Shown here: positions 52,528 through 64,000 of the stretch, one piece after another
Position numbering within the stretch: position 1 is the first letter of the stretch
Layout of the letters: the number at the start of each line of letters is the position of its first letter
Origin: Tubulanus polymorphus
Lineage: Eukaryota > Animalia > Nemertea
NCBI RefSeq assembly: GCF_964204645.1
Contig: NC_134026.1
Location: 11,617,950-11,681,949 of the forward strand
Direction: 5' to 3'
DNA: 64,000 nt
Program-made: the position numbers and the translations under genes
The notes under the pieces: model-generated
What the model was told of the DNA's origin: nothing
What the model saw: only the letters and a program-made list of their open reading frames with translations
The model's database searches: none

Positions 52528-52803
52528 AGCCAATCACAGTTGCGTATTACTCTAGCCAATCACAGTTGAGTATTCCCAGCCAATCACAGTTGAGTATTCC
52601 CTATTACTCTATCCAATCACAGTTCAGTATTAATCTATCCAATCACAGTTGAGTATTCCCTATTACACTAGCCAATCACAAGCCTCATAATTTACAAGCC
52701 TCAACACGCAGCTAAGTTTACCTCACTGTTGAGTAGTATAAATAGGCGGGACGCACACGTGGTGGGACTCATACGTGGCGGCGAGACGCGTTGAGAGGTA
52801 AGT
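52528..52803 (+). promoter_or_regulatory. Pol II-type promoter of the PolB block: six CCAAT boxes, TATA box, 5' splice donor
   Basis: CCAATCACA at 52530, 52556, 52580, 52613, 52639 and 52672. TATAAATA at 52737-52744. AG|GTAAGT at 52798-52803. Confidence 0.65.
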
Positions 52804-52839
52804 GTTATGTTCAGTTTTAATAAAAAATTTGATATTAAA

Positions 52840-53196
52840 ATGGAGAGTAGTAAACAAGTACACAGTGAGAACAACAAATCATTTCTAGATAGAATACAAG
52901 ATATCACAAATGCTAAATCTGTAGATTATAAATTTAAGAAGTTAAATGAATTAACAATTCATAAGAAATATTTAATTACAAATATTGATACAGTTACTAA
53001 CAAATATGGAGATAAATTAGTTATTCACTTAGAATATGAAGGATTAAAAGGAAATAAATATAAATTCAGAACATATTTACCAGATAGATTTCATAGATTA
53101 TCTAGTGAAGATTTAGAAGAATTATGTTCTGGTGATTTCTATTTCATATATAAGGGTAAGAATGAAAAAGGGCACCATGAAATAGATTTCGAATAA
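52840..53196 (+). CDS. Small Polinton-associated protein (118 aa; possibly ssDNA-binding)
   Basis: Intact ORF immediately upstream of pPolB (KKLNELTIHKKYLIT...NKYGDKLVIHL...YLPDRF). The function is a guess. Confidence 0.55.
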   Translation: MESSKQVHSENNKSFLDRIQDITNAKSVDYKFKKLNELTIHKKYLITNIDTVTNKYGDKLVIHLEYEGLKGNKYKFRTYLPDRFHRLSSEDLEELCSGDFYFIYKGKNEKGHHEIDFE

Positions 53197-53236
53197 AATA
53201 TGTAAAATCGATTTTAATAAAAAATTGGATATTAAA

Positions 53237-56200
53237 ATGGAAGCAAATAAGTACTACTGTTCAACATGTAAAATTGATATAGATAAATCTCAAAAAGCAA
53301 GACACAATAAAACTAAAACACATTTAGAGAATAAATTGAAATTAGAATATAAAGATGATATATTAGAAAGTGAATTAGAGGAATTGAAGAATGAAAAAGA
53401 AATATATAAATGTGATACGTGTAATCAATCATTCAGCGACAAAAGATATTATAAAGAACATTTAAAATCTAAAAGTCATATTAGAAATATGAATAATGAT
53501 ATTTTAGGTGAAGATTATTTTGATAATGATAATGATAAGAAACAGAAGACAATTAAAAGAATAAAAAATAAAATAAACCATAAAAGACCATACATGGAAG
53601 ATGTTAGAAATTATATTAATTCATTAGATAATAAAAAAGATATAGAAATAATCGAAGCATTCAAAAGTGATATTGGACCAGCTGCAATTGAATTTAAATT
53701 TCATAAAGGCAAAACATTAGAAGAAAATAAAAAGGATTTAAAAAATATGAAAAATATTATAAGAATAATTACTGATGTTGAATACCCTAAAATTAGTATA
53801 TCTTCTAAAGTTAAATTTATAAAATCTGAAGATAAACCAATATATAATATAAATTCTCATTCACAACATAATATATCTAAACAACATATAAATGATAGAT
53901 TGAATAAATGTTATAATGAAATAAAAAGTAAAATAGAAGAGAAATATTTTGAAGGATCAGGTTTTATATTTGATGAAATAATATTTATGACTTTACATGT
54001 TTATAACACAAAATATAGTAAGTTAACTAAATCAAAACCAATTGATGAAAATAATATATCATATTATAAAGATGATAATATAAATGGATCAAGTTATAAC
54101 AAATTACCATTTAAAACTAATGCTGTAATAAATGTACAAAATGAAGATGATAAATGTTTTCTATGGTCAATAATTAGTTGCTTACATCCAACAGAAGATA
54201 TTACTCATAGCTTTAGATTAAAAAATTATAAACCATTTGAACATAATTATAGGATAGATAATTATCCTGTTAGAATTAAAAATATCCCAAAAATAGAAAG
54301 AGATAATAATATAAAGATAAATGTGTTTGATTTAGTCAAATTACCAAAATCAAAAGGTAACAATATTAAACATTATACATTAGAACCTTTATACCTATCA
54401 AAAGATTATGATTCAAATGATGTTATAGATATATTATATTATGAGAATCATTATATGTGGATTAAAAGAATTGATTTATTTTTCAAATCAGAAAATGATT
54501 TTGATAATAAAATATATCTATGTAGAAAATGTATAACTAAATTCAGAACCGAAAGTGCATTATTAAATCATAAACAATTATGTGATAATCATGATTATTG
54601 TAAAATAGTAAAATAGCTCATTTATTTATCAAGCAACTGTGCCATAAAATAGAAGAAATCAATAATGATATTGAAAGAGTAAATTCATATAGATCAAAAG
54701 ATAAAATACCAACATATAAATTTAAAATGTTAGCTAAAACATCTGAGAATTATATATCTTTCCAATTTGGGTGTCTAAGATTTATAGATTCATATAGGTC
54801 TCTAGGTAGTTCATTAGATAATTTATCAAAATCATTGGTTGATGATGAATTAAAAATATTGAAACAACATTATCCAAATAATGATGATTTTCAATTAATT
54901 AGATATAAATGAGCAAATCCATATTCATTTTATAAATCACATAATGATTTCAATATAACTGAATTTTTAAAAGAACAATTCTATGATGAATTAAAAAAAT
55001 GAATGTGTTAAAGATGAAGTATATAATAGAACATTGAATATTTGGAATCATTTTGGAATGAAAAATCATGGACAATTAGTAGATTTATATTTAAAATCAG
55101 ATGTATTATTACTAACTGATATATTTGAAAGGTTTACAGATGTAAATCTAAAATATTTTAATATTGATCCATGCCATTGTTATTCTAGTCAAGGTTTAAC
55201 TTGGGATTGTGGTTTAAAATTTACAGATATAAAAATGGATTTGTTAACAAATATAGATCAATTATTATTATTTGAAAAATCTATAAGAGGAGGAGTTTCA
55301 GGTGTATTAGGTGATAGATATTTCAATGTAAATGATAACTCTGGATATAAGTTATTATATATAGATGCAAATAATCTTTATGGTTGGGCAATGATGGAAC
55401 CTCAACCTTATGGAGTATTGAAATAACTGAAGTTTTACAAAATGAAAATAATGATAAATTTGATTGGAAGAAAAGAATTCTAGATATTGCAGATGATTCA
55501 GAGACTGGTTACTTCTTTGTTGTAGATTTAGAATATCCTGAAGATAAGAAATTTAAATCTAGAAATCTAGCTTACTGTCCCGAACATAAAACTGTAACAC
55601 ATGAAGAATTATCAAATTACCAAAAAAGAATTAAACCTGAAAATCATATTCATACAGAAAAGTTAATGGTAACTCAAGAAGATAAATATAATTATGTAGT
55701 ACATTATAGAATGTTGAAGTTTTATTTGAATCAAGGAATGGTTCTAAAAAAGTACATAGATATATTTCATTCAGTCAATCTAAATGGTTGGAAAAATATA
55801 TAGATTTTAACACCAAACAGAGAACTAAAGCTAAAACTGATTTTGAGAAAGATATCTTCAAGTTAATGAATAATGCATTCTATGGTAAGACTTGTGAAAA
55901 TATCAGGAATAGAAATGATATTGAGTTAGTTAGTAATGGTAAAAGAATTAGACATTTACAAACATATCCTAAATTTATTGGTAATAGAATATTTGATAAA
56001 AATTTAGCTGCAGTTAAAATGAAGAGAACTTCTATGAAATTTAATAAACCAATTAATGTTGGTGCTTCAGTTTTAGAAATATCAAAAATATTGATGTATG
56101 AATTCTATTATAACGCATTACAACCTCATTTTGGAGAAAAACGTATTGAAATTCTATACTTTGATACTGACAGTTACATATTAGAGATAAAAACTAATAA

Positions 56201-56696
56201 CATACCAGATGATTTAAAAACATGAAAACATCATTTTGATTTTAGTAATTATCCAAAAGATCAAGAATTGTTCAGCAATGATAATAAAAAAGTGCCCGGT
56301 AAATTCAAAGATGAATTAGGTGGTGAAGAAATGATAGAATTTATAGGTATTAGATCTAAAATGTATTCATATAAAGCCAAAACTCATGAAGCTAAAAAGT
56401 TAAAAGGAATTACCAAAAGTGTTGTTGAAAAGAATATTCATTTCAAAGATTACATCAATTGTATATTTAATGAAGAAGTTAGAAAACATAAGATGAAATG
56501 TTTAAGATCTGAGTACCACGAGATGTTTATTGAAGAAATTGAAAAGGTAAGTTTAAACCCATTTGATGATAAAAGATATATTTTAGATGATGGTATACAC
56601 ACAGTTGCTTATGGTTGCAATGTAGAAGAATATCTAAAATTTAAAAGAGAAGAAGAGAAAGAAAAGGAAATAATGAACAGGATTATAACGTGTTAA
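53237..56696 (+). pseudogene. polB: Protein-primed family B DNA polymerase of a Polinton/Maverick, fragmented
   Basis: Two N-terminal C2H2-like fingers, INVQNEDDKCFLWSI, RFIDSY, YLKSDVLLLTDIFE, motif A YIDANNLYGWAM, motif B KLMNNAFYGKT, motif C YFDTDS, GKFKDE, RSKMYSY and KGI. Split over six ORFs. Confidence 0.95.
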
Positions 56697-56725
56697 TTCA
56701 GTTTTAATAAAAATATATATTATAA

Positions 56726-59700
56726 GTGGAGCCGGAACAGTCACAAACTATCAATAATACTGGGGTTATAAATATTCACCATAAGAAATGTTCAAAATGT
56801 GAATTAGATCATTATCAGAATATTATAATGATAAAAAGACTAAAGATGGTAAAGGTTATTATTGCAAAAATTGTCGTCCACTATATAATAAACAATATTA
56901 CAAAAATAGTCCAGAATATTATATGGATAATATTGAAAAATTCAAAGTTAAAAATAAACAATGGAGAGAAAATCACCCAGATTATATAACAGAATATATG
57001 AGAGAATGGAGGGATAATAATAGAGAATATTATAAAGCGTATAGTAAAAATTATCAAAAAGAAAGATATCAAACAAATTTTAATTTTAAATTGAAACAAT
57101 GTTTGAGAATTAGATTATCAAAATTATTCAGTAAAGATAAACACTCAGTTACCGGTTCCTGAACTTCGCTGAAAAAGCTGAAACACTGAAAAGCTGAAAC
57201 GCTGAAATAAAAACGCTGAAATTTCAGGGAATTTCCGAAAAACGCCGAAATTTCAGGGAATTCCCGAAAAACGCTGAAATCGTGCTAGGTACCGACAATA
57301 CACGTTTTGAAATTTTTTCCGGGCCGGTGTCCGCTGACGAGTCCTGAACCGTGTTTTATGCTCTACCTTCGGTTACAGAGACATGCCTTAAGGTCGTCGT
57401 CATGATCGACTTGATCGATTGCGGATTGCGTGGATTGTTAGATGTGTTTTTTACCATAGTTTTATGAAGTTATCACTTCATTTGAATAAATTCTTAATCA
57501 CAGTAATATTAATTCACAATATTTTTTCTTATGTTTGGTGATTTCTTGCAACTTATCATTGCCAAGTCTCATACAAGTAGTAGCTGAATGAAAGTACAGT
57601 TAGGCTGAACCTGATAACCCAAATTAAGTGCTAGCATGGAACTAATGATTATTTTGATTCTATTTTCGGTGTCATTGAAATTCGTTAAGAAAGGTTCAAC
57701 CGTCATAGTATACTGTACTTAGCTACAATTGGGTGCCATATTTCTACAATTAGGAAGGAATCTTTAAGTGTCTTTGTTCCCGGGTAGGGTACGGGGTAAA
57801 ACCTGGTTCACTTTCTCTTTCGACTTGCCGGAGACTACTATCTGCAATGCATTGCATGCTTTGATGTGTCTTGCCTATAGGAGTCGAACGATATTTTTTT
57901 CCCATACACAGGCTTGGCTTTAGTGTAGATGAAGGCTAGGCACTGCACATTGTGGATTGACTGGAACTCTTAACTCACAAAATTAAACGAGTCAACAAGA
58001 AAGATCCAATAATTGGACATTTGTCTAACTATATTATTTAACAGCTTGAAATAAAACATAACACATTCTGCAAGAGTATACAAAGGAAATCAGTTCTTAC
58101 ATTATATCAGAATCAATAGTTCGCTTAACTCTGGCTAGAATTCTGGTTCCATTGCTTCATATTCTAATGAAATCCACTAGTATACCTTAGAATATCGCTT
58201 AGCTTAAGACTAAAAATTTGGTACCAGGAAACAGGGAAGAAAAGTGGGTGTACTGTACATCCGCAATTGACTTATTTCTCTCAGGTTGAATCAAGTTATT
58301 ATTGAAATAGCATTCGAATAGCCATTTTATTTTTAAAAATTGTGTCGTTCAGCTATCCTGCTGCAAATTTCGCAGTTGAAGTTTACTGGTGCCATCTGAT
58401 TTCTCAGTATCTAAAAAAATTTGCACATTCTAAGCCTGAATCTAAAAATAGAAAAAGGTGCATTTTAGTCGGATATAAAAGAATAGTGGCTAATGCACCC
58501 TGGACTATATAGCCTATGGGGTGGGCCTAGTTTGAAAGCACTGAGGTCCGAGAGAACAGCACTTAGTAAATAAATACTGAAATAAAACTTACAAAACACC
58601 CAGTACTTGAGATGATGTACTTGACAAGAAGTGTCACCAGCTAAGCAAATCAACTTTGTCTATGACTCCTCCTTTTATAGATTCAGTAGTAGTCTAAAAA
58701 TAAGAATCGGTACATTTTTCTAACAGTTGGTATGTCATTTCTTCAAAAAACACTAATTATTATCACGCCACAGCAAATAAATTATTCACAGTTGTTGAAT
58801 GGTTAGCCCGATTTAGATTAATTGGTTGACGCTAATCAGTATGACCCATACGTAGGGGCCTACTGCATGCCATTGGCGTCAATCCATTCCATTCCATTCC
58901 ACAGTGAATTAAAAAGAAATTTAGTTAGATCCCTTTTGTCCAAAAGCTGCATCATTTATATAACTAGCTGTCAAATTTAATTTACCTCCTTCATAGAATA
59001 CCATAGTGACATAGTCCGTCGCCCATCAACGTGTTGACAAAAGAAAAGTTGCTGCATGTTTTATACATGAACGTTCAAATAAGATATTTTGCGTCTTGCA
59101 GGGAATATTGAGCATAGTGTTTAAGTTGGCTTGCACGGTTTGTGAATGGGTTTTCCTCATTATGCTGCCTGTATGCATTAAAAATCCGGATTTCAAGCGA
59201 ATTAATTTGTCCAACAAGTGGCCCTCTAGAAGTATACTCCACACATACTGTCCATGCATGTCTCTGTAACCGAAGGTAGAGACTAAAACATGGTTCAGGA
59301 CTCGGCAGCGGACACCGGCCCGGAAAATATTTCAAAACGTGTATTGTTGGTACCTAGCACGATTTCAGCGTTTTTCGGGAATTCCCTGAAATTTCGGCGT
59401 TTTTCGGAAATTCCCTGAAATTTCAGCGTTTTTATTTCAGGGTTTCAGCGTTTCAGTGATTCAGCTTTTTCAGCGAAGTTCAGGAACCGCTCAGTTACAC
59501 TATCTAATTTGTTAGGTTGTTCAGATGAATTTTTAAAATCATGGATTATATATCAGTTCAATGGTGAAATGAATATAAATAATCATGGAGATTATTTTCA
59601 TATTGATCATGTGTCACCAATATCTAAATTTAACATGAGTGATGAATACAATAAAAAACTTATTTGGAATTGGAAGAATTTAAGGCCTCTTGAAAAGAAA

Positions 59701-59835
59701 GAAAATATAATCAAACATAAAAAACTTGATATGAAATTATATTTGGATCAACTGGATAATGCAAAGAAATTCATTGATCAATGGAATAGTGATCCAAATA
59801 ATGAACAATATGTTGAATCTTTGATAAGTGGTTAA
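56726..59835 (+). pseudogene. Zn-ribbon plus HNH-like endonuclease, interrupted by a MITE
   Basis: KKCSKC...DGKGYYCKNC N-terminus. Removing 57153-59498 joins KHSVT to LSNLLGCSDEFLKSW...FHIDHVSPISKF...NWKNLRPLEKKENIIK in frame. Confidence 0.8.
57153..59489. mobile_element. Non-autonomous Mutator-like element (MULE)
   Basis: TIRs of ~234 bp (57153-57386 and 59256-59489) with internal GCTGAAA repeats. Perfect 9-bp TSD CTCAGTTAC (57144-57152 and 59490-59498). No transposase. Confidence 0.9.
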
Positions 59836-60003
59836 AGAATAATATATCTCAAATAAAAAATATTAAAAAAACAATAACTTCAACTAGCTAGTGAATTCTA
59901 TTATATTTTTTCAAAAATCTATTATTTCTTTTCAAAAAGGGAATACTTTATATTTTGATAAGATTTGAATAAAAATTCTTTAACTTAACTAAGCTAGTAT
60001 TTA

Positions 60004-60339
60004 ACATTATTCATTGTGGATGATTGCGCTAATTTACATGATTCAAAAGTTAGAGAGAGTGAGTTATGCTATTTAGCTTTCTCTGGAAGACATTTTGGGA
60101 TAACAACATGGGTTTTAAATCAAAAATATAATTCAATTGTTAAAGATTTTAGGGAGAATATAAGATTTTTAGTATTATTTTATAACAAAGATAGAAAATC
60201 TATGCAACAATCATTGGAAGAAAATCAAATTATACCTACTGACTTACATAATGAATATATGAATAAATTAAAAAGTAATAAAGGTTCAAAATTACTTCTA
60301 AGACTACAATTTCCTTATGAATATGAATTTATAAAATAA
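60004..60339 (+). pseudogene. C-terminal half of an FtsK/A32-like packaging ATPase
   Basis: Walker B LFIVDD, then LAFSGRHFGITTWVLNQKY and FREN. Walker A is missing. Confidence 0.8.
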
Positions 60340-60349
60340 AATCCCAATT

Positions 60350-61390
60350 TGGAATATGTTAGAATTTAGAATTGTATTTATCATGCATATTGCAAGTATC
60401 TTGCGAAGTATAGACAACAATGGGTCTGAGGTTTGTTGCTGGACCTTTCTTTTTTTCCAGGTTTTTGAAGTGGTGTTAGGATACCTTCTTTGATCTGTTC
60501 TGGGTATGATCTTGTTTCTGCAATGATGTTAATAGAGTCGCTAAATCTTCGTGTATCTCCGAGTGGGTGAATTTCAGATATTCTGCTTTCAACTTGGTCT
60601 TAGGCAGTTTATACCATTCGAGTTTTAGAGTGGTCGGTTGATGTTTCTATGCCACTGCAGGATCTCGAGTTAGTGACAAAGTGTTTATGGTGCTGTATCC
60701 GGGTGATAATGTAATCTATTTGATTGCGATACGGATTTCTGCGATCTTCTTTACATCCAGGTGCTGTCCATGTAGTGCGGTGACTAAGTTTATGCTGGAA
60801 ACCAGTGTTTGTAAGAAAAAGAACATGTTTACATGCAAATTCTAGAAGAGTCTTGCCGCCACTGTTCAAAATTCCTTTACCAAAATTTTCCGATATTGTC
60901 TGGGTAATCTGTATGACCAGAGCCAGTTTTAGCGATGAAATCACCTACTACCAGTACTATATGTCTTGCTGGGATGTTACTTTTCACACTATCAAGTTGA
61001 TCGTAGAAATCTTCTTTACACTGAGGATGTTTTTTCACTATTTAAAAGCGTAGCTGCGTAGGCAGATATTATGTGAAAGCAGTGTCCTTCAGCAGTGAAT
61101 TTAGCAGTGCAGATTCTGTCAGATATTGTTTTGAAAGTTGGGTTGAGATCTTTGAGAATAACTATTCCTACACCGTGGTGAATAGTGCCCGTGCTATATA
61201 ATAGATAGGTGCAGTTCTTTTTACCTTCCGTTAATTTAAATTCTTCGAGGTTTTCTCCGGTGATGTGTGTTTCCGTTAGACCGAGAATGTCAAGGTCATA
61301 TTTCAAAGTGTCTTTTATGAGTATTTCATTTTCGTAATATTGTTGAATTCCTCTTACATTTAGTGTTCCGATGTTTATTCGGTTTTTCAT
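60350..61390 (-). pseudogene. RTE-like LINE, APE endonuclease and start of RT (internally deleted)
   Basis: IGTLNVRG, DILGLTETH, HHGVGIV, IISAYA, NQIDYII and TDH. PGKKKGPATNLRPIV near 60420-60460. Confidence 0.88.
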
Positions 61391-61629
61391 CAGTAAATTA
61401 TACCTACATCCGTGAGCAGTTGATCGATTTTAGTACATAAATAGCTTTCCTTCCGTGTGAAAGTTGACCGGCGCTACCCAAGGTCATCCGATTTAAAAGA
61501 GAAAAAGAGCTAAAATCGAAAAAAATATTTACAAAATTTATTTTAATTCAATATCCCACTACCTTTATATCTATGTGGTGCAATATTTAATTTATTTCAG
61601 TGACCTGGTATTTGTTTCAATTATTTCAT

Positions 61630-62210
61630 ATTATTCAGGTTGAACAAATTCTATTAAATGACACCCATCTTCATCTTTTCCATTATACTTCAAATAAACA
61701 TCATTATTACTTAAACCACCCAATGCAATTATATAGAAGGAATTTACCAAATGTATTTTACCTACCTAGGTAGAAATGAGCTCATTTCTACCTAATGTAT
61801 TCTACCTTCCTTACCTCATGCATATCTACCTAAATATTTTAAAATCGAATTAGATTTATTAAATTCAATACAACATTTACAAATTCTTGATATTTTATAT
61901 TGAATCTTTTAACAAATTAAAGGTAGTAACTGCTTACATTGATCACATTTATCACCATCACCACCATTATTATTTTCTTCATCTAAACTCTTTAGATATT
62001 CTTTATATGCTTTTCTCCTTTCTCTATATTCGTTTTGCATTTCAAGCGTACATCTTTTAAATCTATATACTTAACCATCAATTGTTCCTTTCCCTTTATG
62101 AAATTCAGAATAGTTTTTAATTCACCACAACCTATCTTTTCATATCAAATATTTAATCTGTACATAGATTTACACTTAATATTTTTACCCCAAATTTTCA
62201 CATAATTTTC
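61630..62210 (-). pseudogene. Further Polinton-like fragments in opposite orientation
   Basis: 61633-61730 reads NNDVYLKYNGKDEDGCHLIEFVQPE*, similar to the C-terminus of 52840-53196. 61945-62140 reads GCGELKTILNF/HKGKGTIDG...RCTLEMQNEYRERRKAY, a Zn-ribbon like that at 56786. Confidence 0.5.
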
Positions 62211-63379
62211 ATTAGGCCTACTCACGTCATGCATTATTGCATAAAACATTCAAGTCCCAGCCGACTTGTATCATGTCTTTAAGTGATAAAAACATTGCCA
62301 GGACCCTACAATGGGACCTTTGAATTGAGTGTCATTTCTCATTTTATGAATTATTTTCCATTTGTCTTGAACAATTTCTTACGGTATCCAATTTGGTATG
62401 TCTTAAAACATAGATGGCAATTCCATATTTCAAAAGATGTTAAAGAGAACTCACATTTTTCAAAAACTGCAATTTTAACCGAATGTATACTAATTAATTG
62501 GATCTATAGAGACTCTTATTAATTAAATTGTGATAGTTCCGTTATGTGAGCTGTCAGATATGACGATCTCGATATAAAGTTCGAGGCGCACACTAACAAC
62601 CTATACCTTCCTTGTTGAAAATTGTGTTTAGACATGTCAATTATGGAATATTAACATAATTAATTTTTTCATTTTGTAATAAAATATAGTACCGGTATTA
62701 TAAAAAGAGTCTACCGGTACTTCTAGTTAGTGTCGCGGAAATTCCCTTGTGATTGCGCCGAGAGCGCCAAATTCAAAATCAATTTCCTTTAATCGCCACA
62801 GATAGCGTAATAATGTCATAATGTTATAACTACTTTATCAAACGTTAATCATCCGTCTTGTTCCTTTATGGCTGTTATATATCCGGGCCAAATTTCCAGT
62901 TTATGCTGCGGCACGAACTCTCGTCCGGTCGAGTTGTGTTCGGTTAAGGATTTCACCCAGACTATGTTCTTACCGAGTTTTAAACTATCCGGGGAATCAC
63001 TTTTCCGCAGTTGTTAAATCGCGTGAGGAATAGAATCCTTATTTCTTGAAGCTTCTTATACTAGACCATTTTAGTCTTCAAATTATATTGTGAAATAGAA
63101 TTCCGATCTGAAGGCCGAGTCGCCCATATTTTCGGGCCGGTTCAATTCGGCACTCCACGGTGCGGTCCGTTCGGGTGCTCCCTCTTCTGGCGGTTATTTT
63201 TCAACTATTCGAACGATAAATCCTTTCACGGGTAATAAATCCCTTCTTTTTTAAGATTTAATGCTCGGTTCAGGCCGGAATTCTTATTAACTAATTTATG
63301 ATGGAAAAGTTAGATCGAGCGTCGTTGTTGACAAACTTAATCACGCGTGATCGTGACGTCACGTGTCCCTCGTGACCTC

Positions 63380-63520
63380 TAACCAATGAGGCGCGTCGGG
63401 GACAAAGAACTCTGACCAATGGAGGGCTTCGGGGACAAAAACTTCCATCCAATCAAAACATCGGGGACTGGGAGCCCTATATAAGGCGCGCAGAACTCTA
63501 GTTCAGGATTCATTTTCGAT
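63380..63520 (+). promoter_or_regulatory. Triple CCAAT plus TATA promoter-like module
   Basis: CCAAT at 63383, 63416 and 63449, each followed by TCGGGGAC. TATATAAG at 63478 and an Inr-like TCATTTT at ~63510. Confidence 0.6.
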
Positions 63521-63829
63521 TGGCATCGCCGCGGAAGACATACACATAGTTATATATAACAAGCGACTCTCGAGCGACAATTATACGTGACACAATGTAA
63601 GCGCTACCTCTTACGTCCAGATAGGGACCCCCGTCTTAGGGGATGTGATCACTTGTTACTACAGTTAAGATAGTTGATATATTATTATTATTGCCTTGCC
63701 GCGGCCTTGATTGCCCGGTTTTTGCGGTTACCGCCATGTTCTTTTATCCAAATTCCTTATCCTAATCTATCATTATTAGAATGTCTTATCAAGGGTTGCT
63801 CCTAATGACGACCTTGTAATTTCAAACTA

Positions 63830-64000
63830 AGTGGAATTACTGTCCCGGGTGGGGGGATTTTGGCGACGGTGGCTGGTGTTCGGTAGATGTCTCGCAGTAT
63901 CGCCGCCTTCAGCCGATGGTACTAGATGGAAGACGATGGCTACTGGTGTGGATGGTACAGCCGCCCTGAGGGACTTGCCGGTGTAAGATGAGGTTTGGTG
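63830..64000 (-). pseudogene. Possible tyrosine recombinase C-terminus (DIRS-like retroelement)
   Basis: Minus strand reads SSYTGKSLRAAVPST, similar to YTxHSxR, followed by a broken IG(W)...TARH(Y)-like stretch. Runs off the window. Confidence 0.3.

Noticed and set aside
58465-59335. Short ORFs inside the MULE as a transposase
   Set aside because: All are under 90 aa with no DDE or zinc-finger motifs.
46511-60339. A complete, active Polinton
   Set aside because: Many stops, frameshifts and deletions. No paired TIRs, TSD, integrase or protease were recognised, and the two blocks may come from different insertions.
1-64000. tRNA, rRNA or host protein-coding genes
   Set aside because: No cloverleaf, rRNA signature or non-TE exon chain was recognised by eye. 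Small exons cannot be excluded.

Overview
Eukaryotic (animal, probably marine invertebrate; taxon not determinable) heterochromatin-like DNA with no recognisable host gene. Bases ~590-46510 are a composite macro-repeat of six related units. Each unit has a CR1/L2-type RT remnant, an array of a 31-bp palindromic satellite, a fixed array end and a non-coding block. Into this are inserted three Helentron-associated (HINE/Pearl-like) elements, a MITE, a fragment of Polinton/adintovirus structural genes and an apparently intact 7.19-kb CMC/EnSpm transposon (699-aa transposase plus a six-exon second gene). The hundreds of minus-strand ORFs there are satellite artefacts. Bases ~46510-62200 hold decayed Polinton/Maverick-like (adintovirus) sequence: structural genes, protein-primed PolB, an HNH-like nuclease split by a Mutator-like MITE and a packaging ATPase remnant. 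These are interleaved with LINE and LTR fragments. The PolB block begins with a 122-bp hairpin and a CCAAT/TATA promoter and appears nested inside a single LINE. The window ends in a possible DIRS-like element. Family assignments rest on motif recognition by eye; no database searches were run.
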